56,733 bases of DNA from Chthoniobacteraceae bacterium (GTDB lineage Bacteria > Verrucomicrobiota > Verrucomicrobiia > Chthoniobacterales > Chthoniobacteraceae): positions 1 through 56,733 of the forward strand of contig JBEBGD010000026.1 of assembly GCA_040081625.1 (NCBI GenBank), given 5' to 3'. Below the pieces are notes generated by a model. It saw only the letters and a program-made list of their open reading frames with translations. It had not been told where the DNA came from and searched no databases. Made by a program: the position numbers and the translations under genes. The stretch's first letter is position 1. Every line of letters begins with the position of its first letter. This document shows, one piece after another, positions 18,244-27,620 of the stretch.

Positions 18244-19816
18244 AAGCGGGGCGGAGGGAAACACGGCATCCGCCCCCCGCGCAACGTCGCATCAGTCCCA
18301 TGCGTCGCATTGGTCGCATCTGTCCCACGCCCCGGAAGTCGCGATCCTCCTCCTCGCCGTGCTGCTGCGCCTCTGGTCGCTCGACCTCAAGCCGGCGCAC
18401 TTCGACGAGGGAGTGAACGGCTTCTTCGTCGATGCGATGGCGAAGAACGGCTACTACCACTACGACGCGACAAACTTCCACGGGCCGCTGCACTTCTACG
18501 TGCTCTTCGTCGCGCAGACGCTGCTCGGGCGCGAGGCGTGGGCGCTCCGCCTGCCGCTCGCGCTCGCGAGCATCGCGTGCGTCGCGGTGATGCTGTTCGG
18601 CTTCCGGCGCTTCGTGTCGGTGAAGGCTTCGCGATGGGCTGCGCTCGCGATGGCCGTCTCGCCGGGCTTCGTCTTCTACGGTCGCTACGCGATCCATGAG
18701 ACGTGGCTCGTGCTCTTCCTCATGCTGCTCGTCATCGGCCTCGCGGGGATGTGGCGCGAAGGCCGGGTGCGCGATCTCTGGCTCACCGGCATCGGCTTCG
18801 CGGGCATCGTGCTGACCAAGGAGACTTGGGTCATCCATGCACTCGCGCTCGGGCTCGGCGGCGCGACGCTCGCGCTGCTCGAGCGCTTCTCGCCGTCGGC
18901 GGCGTTCGACCGCGGACCGACGCGGTTTGCCACCGATGATGTCGCGCGTGTCGGCACGATCTGCGCGGCTGTCGTGCTCTTCTTCTACTCCGGCTGCCTG
19001 CTCGATCCGTCCGGGATCGCGGGGTTCGTGCAGGCCTACGCCGTGTGGACGAAGACCGGCACCGCTGGCGAGAGCGGGCACGAGCACCCGTGGAATTACT
19101 GGCTCGACCTGCTCGCCGCCTACGAATGGCCGGTGCTGCTCGGCGCGGTCGCGGCGCTCGTCGTCGTCGCGCCGCACACGAACCGCTTCGTGCGCTGGCT
19201 CGCCATCACCGCGCTCGGCACGCTCGTGGCCTACGCGCTCATCCCCTACAAGACGCCGTGGTGTCTCATCGCATGGGCGTGGCCGTTCCTGCTCGTCTTC
19301 GGCGTCGCTGCCGAGTGGCTCATGGCGCGCGTGGATCGCTGGACCGTCGCTGCGCTCGCGTTGCTCATCTGCGGCTTCTCCTTCGCCAAAAGCCGCACGC
19401 TCAACTTCGTGAAGTTCACCGACGAGGAGGAGCCCTACGTCTATGTGCAGACCACGCCCGACGTGAACCTGCTGCTCGACCCGCTGCGCTGGCAGCTCGC
19501 GCGCGACCCCTCCACGCGCTACCGCCCCGCGCACGTGTTGCAGGAGGACAAGTATCCGCTGCTCTGGCTGCTCGGCGATCGCCCGAACATCACGTGGGAC
19601 GACCACGACGCGGAGCCTGAGCCGCTCGATGCGGAGTGGCTGCTCGTCGATTCCGCGGCGAAGGATCGCGTGGAGCCGGCGCTGACCGCGGGCTACTTCC
19701 GCGAGACGCTCCACATCCGCGGCATGGCGCCGGACAAGACGTATCTCTACCTGCGCGCCGAGTCCTTCGCCGGCTATTACGGCGACCGCCGTCCCGACAT
19801 CCCCGCGAAGCCATGA
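18221..19816 (+). CDS. GT-C/PMT-like membrane glycosyltransferase (TIGR03663/Agl23-like)
   Basis: LDLKPAHFDEG, YYHYDATNFHGPL, SPGFVFYGRYAIHE, TKE, IPYKTPW; many TM segments; start uncertain. Confidence 0.8.
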   Translation: METESGGISGAEGNTASAPRATSHQSHASHWSHLSHAPEVAILLLAVLLRLWSLDLKPAHFDEGVNGFFVDAMAKNGYYHYDATNFHGPLHFYVLFVAQTLLGREAWALRLPLALASIACVAVMLFGFRRFVSVKASRWAALAMAVSPGFVFYGRYAIHETWLVLFLMLLVIGLAGMWREGRVRDLWLTGIGFAGIVLTKETWVIHALALGLGGATLALLERFSPSAAFDRGPTRFATDDVARVGTICAAVVLFFYSGCLLDPSGIAGFVQAYAVWTKTGTAGESGHEHPWNYWLDLLAAYEWPVLLGAVAALVVVAPHTNRFVRWLAITALGTLVAYALIPYKTPWCLIAWAWPFLLVFGVAAEWLMARVDRWTVAALALLICGFSFAKSRTLNFVKFTDEEEPYVYVQTTPDVNLLLDPLRWQLARDPSTRYRPAHVLQEDKYPLLWLLGDRPNITWDDHDAEPEPLDAEWLLVDSAAKDRVEPALTAGYFRETLHIRGMAPDKTYLYLRAESFAGYYGDRRPDIPAKP

Positions 19817-21579
19817 AGCTCGCGCTCGCCACGCTCTACGCCATCCCCGCCGCCGTGCTCAGCGCGCTCGTGCTCGCCTTCGCACGCGGGCAACTCGACC
19901 CGGCCATCGCCGCGACATCGCTCGGCCTCGGCGCGGTGGTCGGCGCCTTCTCGCTGTGGTCGGCGCGCGCGCCCGGCGAGAAGTGGAGCGTCGATCCGTG
20001 GGGAGGCACGGCACTCGTCGTCTTCGCGCTCTTCGCGCTGCGCAGCTTCCTGTGGCTGGTCTTCGAGTCGGGCGACTCGATCTGGGTCTTCTCCCCGAAC
20101 AACCTCGGCGACCTCTCGCTGCATCTCAGCTACGTGCGCTACCTCGCAAACGGCGCGCCGTTCTGGCCGGAGAATCCGATCTTCGCCGGCGCACCGCTCA
20201 CGTATCCCGTCGGCATCGACCTGCTCAACAGCCTGCTGCTGCTGCTCGGCCTCGATGCGCTGCGCGGCTTCGTCTGGGTCGGGCTGATCGGCAGTGCCTG
20301 CACCGCGGCGATGCTGTGGCGCTGGGGCCGCGGCTTCGCCGTCGCGGGATTCCTCTTCGCCGGCGGCACGCTCGGGTTTCAGATCCTGGTCGAGCATCGG
20401 CTCGTCGATTACCAAAGCGACGCCGCGTGGGACGGCTTGATCGTCGCGTGGAAGAGCCTGCCGCTTGCGATCTTCGTGACGCAGCGCGGCTTCCTCTTTG
20501 CGCTGCCCGCCGGGCTCGCGCTGCTCGCGAGCTGGCGCGCGCGCTTCCTCGAGCCGGAGCGCCGCGCGCAACGCCTGCCGCTGTGGGGCGAGTGGCTGCT
20601 CTACGCCGCGATGCCTGTCTTCCACTTCCACACGTTCCTCTTCCTCTCGTTCATCGTGGCGGTGTGGTTCTGCTTCGTGCCCGCAGCGCGCCGGCATCTC
20701 GCGCTCGTGGTGGCGCTCGCCTTCGTGCCCGCGACCGCGCTCGTGTGGTGCGTGACCGGTGGCTTCCACGCAGCGTCGATGATCGGCTGGCTGCCCGGCT
20801 GGATGCAGCCGCGCGGCGAGGATGCGCGGTTCTTCGGGATCGTGTGGTTCTGGATCTCGAACTTCGGCGCCTTCCTCCCGCTCACCGCGTGGCTGCTGTG
20901 GCGCATCGCGCGCCGGCGCGAACCGCTTCCCGTCGCGCTGCTCGCGGTGCCGGGCGTCGTCGTGTTCGTGGTGTGCTGCTTCGTGAAGTTTGCGCAGTGG
21001 GAGTGGGACAACACAAAGCTCATGATCTGGGCTTATCTCATCGTCCTCCCGGCAATGTGGGCCGCGCTCCGCCGGCAGCGCGAATGGGTGCAGGTCGTCG
21101 CGTGCGTGCTCCTGTTCTTCTCCGGTGCCGCATCGCTCATCGGCGGCCTCGCCGGCACGCTGGTGACCGGTGAAGATCGGGCCGCCGCGCAGCAACCGCT
21201 CATCGGCTACCCGCTGGCCACGCGCTCGGAAGTGGAGGGCGCGGCGTGGGCGACGCGAGGCATCCCGATCACCGACCGCTTCATCGCGAACCCGAACTAC
21301 AACCACCCGCTGCTGCTCGCCGGGCGTCTCGTGACGATGGGCTACGAAGGTCACGTCGCCAGTCACGGCCTCGGTTTCGCCGAGCGGAAGGCCGACGTGG
21401 AGCGCGTGCTCAACGGCGAACCTGGCTGGCGCGAGACCGCGCAGCGACTCGGTGCGCGCTGGTTGTTCTGGGGCGAGCAAGAGCGCGGCGCGTATCCCGA
21501 CTCGCCGCAGCCGTGGCGCGATGAGTGCCGCGTCCGCACTGCCGGCGAGTGGGGGACGCTCTACGATTTGGGAAAGTGA
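19813..21579 (+). CDS. Polytopic membrane protein, probable GT-C-fold glycosyltransferase
   Basis: NNLGDLSLH, PFWPENPIFAG, WEWDNTK, many TMs, C-terminal periplasmic domain; ATGA-coupled to the upstream gene. Confidence 0.7.
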   Translation: MKLALATLYAIPAAVLSALVLAFARGQLDPAIAATSLGLGAVVGAFSLWSARAPGEKWSVDPWGGTALVVFALFALRSFLWLVFESGDSIWVFSPNNLGDLSLHLSYVRYLANGAPFWPENPIFAGAPLTYPVGIDLLNSLLLLLGLDALRGFVWVGLIGSACTAAMLWRWGRGFAVAGFLFAGGTLGFQILVEHRLVDYQSDAAWDGLIVAWKSLPLAIFVTQRGFLFALPAGLALLASWRARFLEPERRAQRLPLWGEWLLYAAMPVFHFHTFLFLSFIVAVWFCFVPAARRHLALVVALAFVPATALVWCVTGGFHAASMIGWLPGWMQPRGEDARFFGIVWFWISNFGAFLPLTAWLLWRIARRREPLPVALLAVPGVVVFVVCCFVKFAQWEWDNTKLMIWAYLIVLPAMWAALRRQREWVQVVACVLLFFSGAASLIGGLAGTLVTGEDRAAAQQPLIGYPLATRSEVEGAAWATRGIPITDRFIANPNYNHPLLLAGRLVTMGYEGHVASHGLGFAERKADVERVLNGEPGWRETAQRLGARWLFWGEQERGAYPDSPQPWRDECRVRTAGEWGTLYDLGK

Positions 21580-21667
21580 ACGGTGATCCGTGATCGGTAA
21601 TCCGCGGTCGGATTACGCGCGCGCCCGTTCACCGTTCACCGATCACCGTTCACTGATCACGGTTCAC
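21576..21667. terminator. Heptamer inverted-repeat array between convergent genes (probable bidirectional terminator)
   Basis: GTGAACG/GTGATCC/GTGATCG/GTAATCC opposite CGTTCAC/CGATCAC-type units; includes both stop codons. Confidence 0.65.
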
Positions 21668-22065
21668 TCCCCCGCCAGCACAATGACGCCCTCGGCGACA
21701 ACCCGCTCGCCGACCCGCGCCTCGACCTCGAACTGCCACATCCCGCCGACGCTCCCCAGCTTCGTCGCGCGCAGCGCGATCATCTCGCCGGGCCGCGCCG
21801 CCTCGCGGAACTTCATCGCCTTGATCGCCGCCAGCCGCAGCCCCGGCTGTCCCGCGGCGATGCCCGCGATCTGCGCGAGCGCCTCGGTGAGCAGCACGCC
21901 CGGCACGATCGGGTCGCCGGGGAAGTGGCCATGGAATACGGGATCGCCCGCGGGGAAGGTCTTGCACCCCGCGGCGCTCTCGCCCGCAGTGACAGCACTC
22001 ACTTCATCCACGAAGACGAACGGCTCGCGATGCGGCAGCCCGAGCGCGATCGGGTCGAGCGGCAT
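21664..22065 (-). CDS. FabA/FabZ-family hotdog dehydratase
   Basis: LPHREPFVFVD, FHGHFPGDPIVPGVLLTEALAQ. Confidence 0.88.
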   Translation of the reverse strand: MPLDPIALGLPHREPFVFVDEVSAVTAGESAAGCKTFPAGDPVFHGHFPGDPIVPGVLLTEALAQIAGIAAGQPGLRLAAIKAMKFREAARPGEMIALRATKLGSVGGMWQFEVEARVGERVVAEGVIVLAGE

Positions 22066-22530
22066 CTACTGCGGCGGGGTCTGATCCGGCGGCGGCGCCG
22101 GCACAAAGTAGATGAAGCGCCAGCTCCCCATCACCTGCTTGATGCCGATCCGGTAGCCGGCGTAGTCGGGGTTCGTGGCCAGCTCCGGCGGCGACACCAT
22201 GAAGTCGTCGTGCGGGACGAACTCCTTTTTCAGCAGCGAGTTTAGATCCAGCCAGAGGTTGTTCAGGTCCCAGAATGCGAAGACGCTGTCCCCCGGCGGC
22301 GGATTGTCCCAGCGATACCCAAAGTCCGGCACCATGAGCGACTTCATCATCTCGTAGTCGCGCTTCTCGGCGGCGATGCGCAGGCGGCCGAGGAAGGCCT
22401 GGAACGCCGGATCCTTCGATGCGTCCTGCTTCTGCTCCTTGCGTTTCTTGTCGCTCTCCTTGTAGGGCGTCTTGCAGCCGGTGAAGGCGAGTGCGGCGAG
22501 GAAGGCGAGTAGGGTCAGTCGGGCAAGCAT
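22066..22530 (-). CDS. Hypothetical lipoprotein
   Basis: MLARLTLLAFLAALAFTG-C lipobox-like signal. Confidence 0.75.
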   Translation of the reverse strand: MLARLTLLAFLAALAFTGCKTPYKESDKKRKEQKQDASKDPAFQAFLGRLRIAAEKRDYEMMKSLMVPDFGYRWDNPPPGDSVFAFWDLNNLWLDLNSLLKKEFVPHDDFMVSPPELATNPDYAGYRIGIKQVMGSWRFIYFVPAPPPDQTPPQ

Positions 22531-22624
22531 GGGCCGCTCCGGTAATCGCGCCGCCGCGCGCTGGCGAGTCGAAAGTTGTTCGCGGCCATTGCGCGCGGGG
22601 CGGGGGATGTGGCAAAGCCGCACC

Positions 22625-24973
22625 GTGAAACGCGCCCTCTCCATCATCACCTGGCTCATCGTCGCGCTCTTCGGCGCCGGCGCCTACGCCACCATCGCGC
22701 TCCAGCGCGACGAGCCGCTCAGCTCCGGCTACATCCTCGTCGCCGCGCTCTGCACCTACGCGATCGGCTACCGCTTCTACTCGAAGTGGATCGCCGCAAA
22801 GGTGCTCATGCTCGACGACCGCCGCGCCACGCCGTGCGAGGTTCACGAGGATGGGAAGGACTTCGTGAAGACGAACAAGTGGATTGTCTTCGGGCATCAC
22901 TTCGCCGCGATCAGCGGACCGGGGCCACTCGTCGGGCCGGTGCTCGCCGCGCAGTTCGGCTACCTGCCGGGCACGCTGTGGATCCTCATCGGCGTCGTGC
23001 TCGGAGGCGCGGTGCAGGATTTCATCATCCTCTTCGCCTCGATGCGGCGCGACGGCCGCTCGCTCGGCCAGATGGTGAAGGAGGAACTCAACTCCATCGC
23101 CGGTGGCGTCGGTGTCGTGGCGATCCTCGCGATCATGATCATCCTGCTCGCCGTGCTCGCGCTCGTGGTGGTGAAGGCGCTCGCCGAATCCCCGTGGGGC
23201 GTCTTCACCGTCGCCGCGACGATCCCCATCGCGATGTTCATGGGCGGCTACCTGCGCTACCTGCGCATCGGAAAGGTGCTCGAAGTTTCGGTCATCGGCG
23301 TCGTGCTGCTGCTCGCCGCGGTGTGGGGCGGACAACTCGTCCACGCCAGCCCGACATTGCATCACGCCTTCCTGCTCAAGGCCGAGCCGCTCGCGTGGTC
23401 GGTGATCGGCTACGGCTTCCTCGCGAGCGTGCTCCCCGTCTGGCTGCTGCTCGCGCCGCGCGATTACCTCAGCACCTTCATGAAGCTCGGCACCATCTTC
23501 GCGCTCGCCATCGGCGTGCTGCTCGTCCTGCCCGACATGCACATGCCAGCTCTGAGCAAGTTCATCGACGGCACCGGCCCCGTCGTGCCCGGCAAGCTCT
23601 TCCCGTTCTGCTTCATCACCATCGCGTGCGGGGCGATCAGCGGCTTCCACACGCTCATCTCCAGCGGCATCACGCCGAAGATCATCGCGCGTGAGAGCCA
23701 CGCGCGCTCCGTCGGCTACGGCGCCATGTGCCTCGAGAGCCTCGTCGCGATCATGGCGATGATCGCCGCCTGCACGCTCGACCCCGGCGTCTATCTCGCG
23801 ATGAACATCGCCGGCGGCGATCCCGTCGCGACCGCGCAAGCCGTAGCCAACAGCGGCCTGACCGCGCTCCAGCCGCTCGCCGCCGGGGGCTTCGCGATGC
23901 AGCCCGTGACTGTGTCTCCCGAGGCCATGGGCACGCTCGCCAACCAGATGGGCGAGGTGACGCTTTTCGGCCGCACCGGCGGCGCGGCCACGCTCGCCGT
24001 CGGCATGGCGCAGATTTTCCACCAGGCCATGCCGTGGCTCGGCGATCGCGGCGTGGCGATCTGGTATCACTTCGCGCTGATGTTCGAGGCGCTCTTCATC
24101 CTCACCACGCTCGATGCCGGCACGCGCGTCGGCCGCTACCTGCTGCAGGACAGCCTCGGCAAGTTCATCCCCGCGCTCGGCAACGTGCGCAGCATCGGCG
24201 CCGGCATCGTCGCGAGCGCGCTGATCGTGATCGGCTGGGGCTTCTTCCTCATCATGGGCGTGCGCGACCCCGAGGGCGGCGTGAAGGCGCTCTGGCCGAT
24301 CTTCGGCATCGCCAACCAACTGCTCGCGAGCATCGCGCTCTGCCTCGCCACCACGATCCTGCTGAAGATGCAGCTCCAGCGCGGCCGCTCGCTCGCGCTC
24401 ATGCTCGTCACGCTCGTGCCGCTCACGTGGCTGCTCACCGTCACGATGACCGCCGGCATCATCAAGGTAAGCGACCCGAGCCCGAAGATCGGCTTCCGCG
24501 CCGCCGCGCGCGCCGCCGAGCAGAAGCTGCCCGCGCTCGAGAAAGAGTTCGCGGCGACGAAATCCGCAGCAGCGGAGAAGGCGCTCAAGTCCACGCGCAC
24601 GGTGCGCTTCAACAGCAGCGTCGATGCGACCGTCACGAGCATCTTCCTGGTGCTCGTCGCCGCGATCGTCGTGCTCAGCGTGCTCGAGTGGTTCGCGCTC
24701 ATCGCGCGCCGACGCCCGCCGACGCTGAGCGAGACCGAGCCCGTCTGGCTGCCAGCCGAAGCCATCCCCGCCAACAATCCCGCCGCCGCGCTGGGCGCCG
24801 CCGCGCTGGCCTTCAGTCTCGTGAAGGAGCTGAGCGGCCAGTCCGACGTGGACCGTGCCCAAGCCCGCGCCGAGCAGCACGACTGCGCCGAGGCCCGCAC
24901 CCCACGCGGTCGCCAGCACACCTTCCTCACTTCGCTCGACGACCGCTTCCGCGGAGTGCGACGCTGCTGCTGA
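22625..24973 (+). CDS. cstA: Carbon starvation CstA-family transporter with C-terminal YbdD/YjiX-like extension
   Basis: DGKDFVKTNKW, FGHHFAAISGPGPLVGP, LLAPRDYLS, TIACGAISGFH, TTLDAGTR, WPIFGIANQLL; tail ends RRCC. Confidence 0.93.
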   Translation: MKRALSIITWLIVALFGAGAYATIALQRDEPLSSGYILVAALCTYAIGYRFYSKWIAAKVLMLDDRRATPCEVHEDGKDFVKTNKWIVFGHHFAAISGPGPLVGPVLAAQFGYLPGTLWILIGVVLGGAVQDFIILFASMRRDGRSLGQMVKEELNSIAGGVGVVAILAIMIILLAVLALVVVKALAESPWGVFTVAATIPIAMFMGGYLRYLRIGKVLEVSVIGVVLLLAAVWGGQLVHASPTLHHAFLLKAEPLAWSVIGYGFLASVLPVWLLLAPRDYLSTFMKLGTIFALAIGVLLVLPDMHMPALSKFIDGTGPVVPGKLFPFCFITIACGAISGFHTLISSGITPKIIARESHARSVGYGAMCLESLVAIMAMIAACTLDPGVYLAMNIAGGDPVATAQAVANSGLTALQPLAAGGFAMQPVTVSPEAMGTLANQMGEVTLFGRTGGAATLAVGMAQIFHQAMPWLGDRGVAIWYHFALMFEALFILTTLDAGTRVGRYLLQDSLGKFIPALGNVRSIGAGIVASALIVIGWGFFLIMGVRDPEGGVKALWPIFGIANQLLASIALCLATTILLKMQLQRGRSLALMLVTLVPLTWLLTVTMTAGIIKVSDPSPKIGFRAAARAAEQKLPALEKEFAATKSAAAEKALKSTRTVRFNSSVDATVTSIFLVLVAAIVVLSVLEWFALIARRRPPTLSETEPVWLPAEAIPANNPAAALGAAALAFSLVKELSGQSDVDRAQARAEQHDCAEARTPRGRQHTFLTSLDDRFRGVRRCC

Positions 24974-25019
24974 TCGCACTTGCGCGACAGCGCGCCCCCG
25001 CCTTACACAGCCGCCCCTT

Positions 25020-26177
25020 ATGTCTCGAAAAATTCGTTACGGCATGGTCGGCGGCGGGCGCGGCGCTTTCATCGGCGCAGTGCATCGCATCGCGGCCGCA
25101 CTTGATCAGCAAATCGAACTCGTCTGCGGTGCGTTCAGCTCCGACCCGGAAAAGTCGCGGGCCTCGGGCGCCGATCTCTTCCTTCCGGCGGATCGTTGCT
25201 ACGGCAGCTTCGAGGAGATGATCCGCGCGGAGGCGAAGCGTCCCGATCGCATGGACTTCATCTCGATCGTCACGCCGAACCACGTCCACTTCCCGCCGGC
25301 GAAGATGGCGCTCGAGCACGGCTTCCACGTGCTCAGCGACAAGCCCGCAACCTTCGACCTGAAGGAGGCGAAGACCTTGCAGGCGCTCGTGAAGAAGACC
25401 GGCCTGCTCTACGGGCTCACGCACAACTACACGGGCTATCCGCTCGTGAAGCAGGCGCGCGAAATGATCGCCGGGGGCAAACTCGGGAAGATCCGCAAAG
25501 TCGTCGTCGAGTATCCGCAAGGCTGGCTCGCCACGCGCATCGAAGCCTCCGGCCAGAAGCAGGCCGCGTGGCGCACTGACCCGAAGAAGAGCGGCGCGGC
25601 GGGTTGCATCGGCGACATCGGCACGCACGCGGAGAACCTCGCGGAATACATCACCGGCCTGCAAATCAGCGAACTCGCGGCGGACCTCACGACCTTCGTC
25701 AAAGGCCGCAAGCTCGACGACGACGGAAACGTGTTGTTGCGTTTCAAGGGCGGCGCGAAGGGCGTGCTGCACAGCTCGCAGATCAGCGTCGGCGAGGAGA
25801 ACAATCTCAACATCCGCGTGTATGGCGAACTCGGCGGCATCGAGTGGCACCAGCGCGAGCCGAACACGATGCTCGTGAAATGGCCCGACCAGCCGATGCA
25901 GGTCTATCGCACCTCGATGGGCTACCTCGGCAAAGCCGCCGCTGGAGCCGCGCGCACGCCGCCCGCGCATCCCGAGGGCTACCTCGAAGCCTTCGCGAAC
26001 ATCTACAAGAACTTCGCCGGCGCGATCCGCGCCCGCGTCGAGAAGCGCAAGCTCGCGAAGGACGATCCCGCGAACGATTACCCGAAGATCGAGGACGGCG
26101 TCCGCGGCATGGCCTTCATCGAAGCCGTCGTCGCGTCGTCGAAGAAGAACGCGGCGTGGACGAAGCTCGGCGTGTGA
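25020..26177 (+). CDS. Gfo/Idh/MocA-family oxidoreductase
   Basis: GMVGGGRGAFIGAVHR, IVTPNHVH, SDKP, GDIGTHA, HPEGYLEAFANIY. Confidence 0.92.
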   Translation: MSRKIRYGMVGGGRGAFIGAVHRIAAALDQQIELVCGAFSSDPEKSRASGADLFLPADRCYGSFEEMIRAEAKRPDRMDFISIVTPNHVHFPPAKMALEHGFHVLSDKPATFDLKEAKTLQALVKKTGLLYGLTHNYTGYPLVKQAREMIAGGKLGKIRKVVVEYPQGWLATRIEASGQKQAAWRTDPKKSGAAGCIGDIGTHAENLAEYITGLQISELAADLTTFVKGRKLDDDGNVLLRFKGGAKGVLHSSQISVGEENNLNIRVYGELGGIEWHQREPNTMLVKWPDQPMQVYRTSMGYLGKAAAGAARTPPAHPEGYLEAFANIYKNFAGAIRARVEKRKLAKDDPANDYPKIEDGVRGMAFIEAVVASSKKNAAWTKLGV

Positions 26178-26995
26178 CGGTCGCCCGCCTTGGCTGTGTC
26201 CTTGCGGCGGCAGTCTTGACGGGCTGCGCGGCGTATGGACCGCCGCGGGCTGGTGAGACCATCCATCGCAACGTCGTCTATGCGGACCGTGATGGACGCA
26301 AGCTGCGGCTCGATCTTTACGTGCCCGCGCGTCCGCGTCCCGCGCCGCTCGTCGTGTGGATGCACGGTGGTGGGTGGAAGTATGGGCACAAGGGTTTCAA
26401 CCTCCAGGTGCGCGACCTCACGCGTGAAGGGTTCGCCGTCGCGAGCGTGGAGTATCGGTTGCTCGGTGCCGGGCGCTGGCCGGCGCAGCTTGACGATTGT
26501 CGCGACGCGGCGGCGTGGCTTCGCCAAAATGGGCACACTTTCGGAATCGACGCGCGCCGCATGGGATTTGCCGGGGAGAGTGCCGGCGGGCATCTCGCGG
26601 CGTTGCTCGGTGCGGTGGAAGGACGCGGGAAAATCCGCGCCGTCTGCGCCTTGTATCCGCCGACGGATCTCGTCGCGATGGGCGAGCGGTATTCGGCTTT
26701 CGGACGGGTGAGCGTCTTCACGCAATTGTTCGGCGGGGAGATTCGCGATCGTCGCAGTGCCGCGCGGGCCGCGAGTCCGGTGACCCACGTCTCGCGCCGC
26801 TCGCCGCCATTTCTGCTCTACCACGGCGACAGCGATGCGCTGGTGCCGCTCTCGCAGAGCGAGTCGCTGCATCGACGCCTACGCGAGGCCGGCGTCGATT
26901 CGACGCTGCACGTGCTTCCCGGTCGCGGTCACGCATTCCCGCTCGACGACGCGCAACTCGCCGAGGTCGCGGACTTCTTTCGGCGCCGGCTGTAA
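26174..26995 (+). CDS. Alpha/beta hydrolase (esterase/lipase), probable lipoprotein
   Basis: LTGC lipobox, HGGGW, GESAGGHLA, HGDSD, GH; GTGA overlap. Confidence 0.88.
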   Translation: MTVARLGCVLAAAVLTGCAAYGPPRAGETIHRNVVYADRDGRKLRLDLYVPARPRPAPLVVWMHGGGWKYGHKGFNLQVRDLTREGFAVASVEYRLLGAGRWPAQLDDCRDAAAWLRQNGHTFGIDARRMGFAGESAGGHLAALLGAVEGRGKIRAVCALYPPTDLVAMGERYSAFGRVSVFTQLFGGEIRDRRSAARAASPVTHVSRRSPPFLLYHGDSDALVPLSQSESLHRRLREAGVDSTLHVLPGRGHAFPLDDAQLAEVADFFRRRL

Positions 26996-26998
26996 GTT

Positions 26999-27562
26999 CT
27001 ACGGCAATTCCTTCACGCGGATGCGGCGGTATTCCATCAGCCCGCGGTCGCCTTCGAGCCCGATCGGCCCGGTCTCGGGGAGCTTGAGCGCTTCCTCGAG
27101 CACCTCGCCGTTGCACGTCGCGCGGGCGACACCGCCCTTCACCACGACTTCGATTTCATTCCAGTCCTGCGCCTTGTATTTCTTCAGCTCCTTGTAAGGC
27201 CCGGCGACCAGATAGTCGCGGCATTGGAGCTGAGGCTTGCGGATGAAGATGCCGCTGTCCGCGTTCACGCCCGCGCGGAATTCCAAGCGCAGGATGAAGT
27301 CCTTCGGGAACTCCTTCACCGTCCAGATTTGCTGCACCTTGCGCGGCGCGTCCTTCGGCGGATTCACCGTGAAGACGCCGTTCACCGCCGTGTAGCGCTC
27401 GTCGTCCGATGCGGTCTTGCCGTCGAAAGCCGCGCCATCCTTGAAGTGCCAGCCGGTGAGGTCGCGCCCGTTGAAGATCAGCTCGAAGCCGGGCTCGGGC
27501 TTGAAGTCATCGGCGTGGGCGAGCGTGGCGAGGAGTAGAACGAGAAGGGGTCGGGGATTCAT
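26999..27562 (-). CDS. Secreted DUF1080 protein
   Basis: Signal peptide; IFNGRDLTGW, DSGIF, WNEIEV, GPIGLE, EYRRIRVK. Confidence 0.88.
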   Translation of the reverse strand: MNPRPLLVLLLATLAHADDFKPEPGFELIFNGRDLTGWHFKDGAAFDGKTASDDERYTAVNGVFTVNPPKDAPRKVQQIWTVKEFPKDFILRLEFRAGVNADSGIFIRKPQLQCRDYLVAGPYKELKKYKAQDWNEIEVVVKGGVARATCNGEVLEEALKLPETGPIGLEGDRGLMEYRRIRVKELP

Positions 27563-27620
27563 CGGCAGGAGGTTGCGGCCCACCGCTCCGCGAGCGCAAC
27601 TGCCAAATGCGACGACGAGT

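Noticed and set aside
16274..18699. Long ORFs crossing the 22-bp array (16274-17968 +, 16308-17693 -, 17368-18699 +)
   Set aside because: Open only because the GC-rich repeat lacks stops; they overlap well-supported genes and have R/G/P-biased composition
24962..25019. Selenocysteine at the TGA after CstA ...RRCC
   Set aside because: Both family cysteines are already encoded as TGC and I see no convincing SECIS hairpin; TGA is best read as stop
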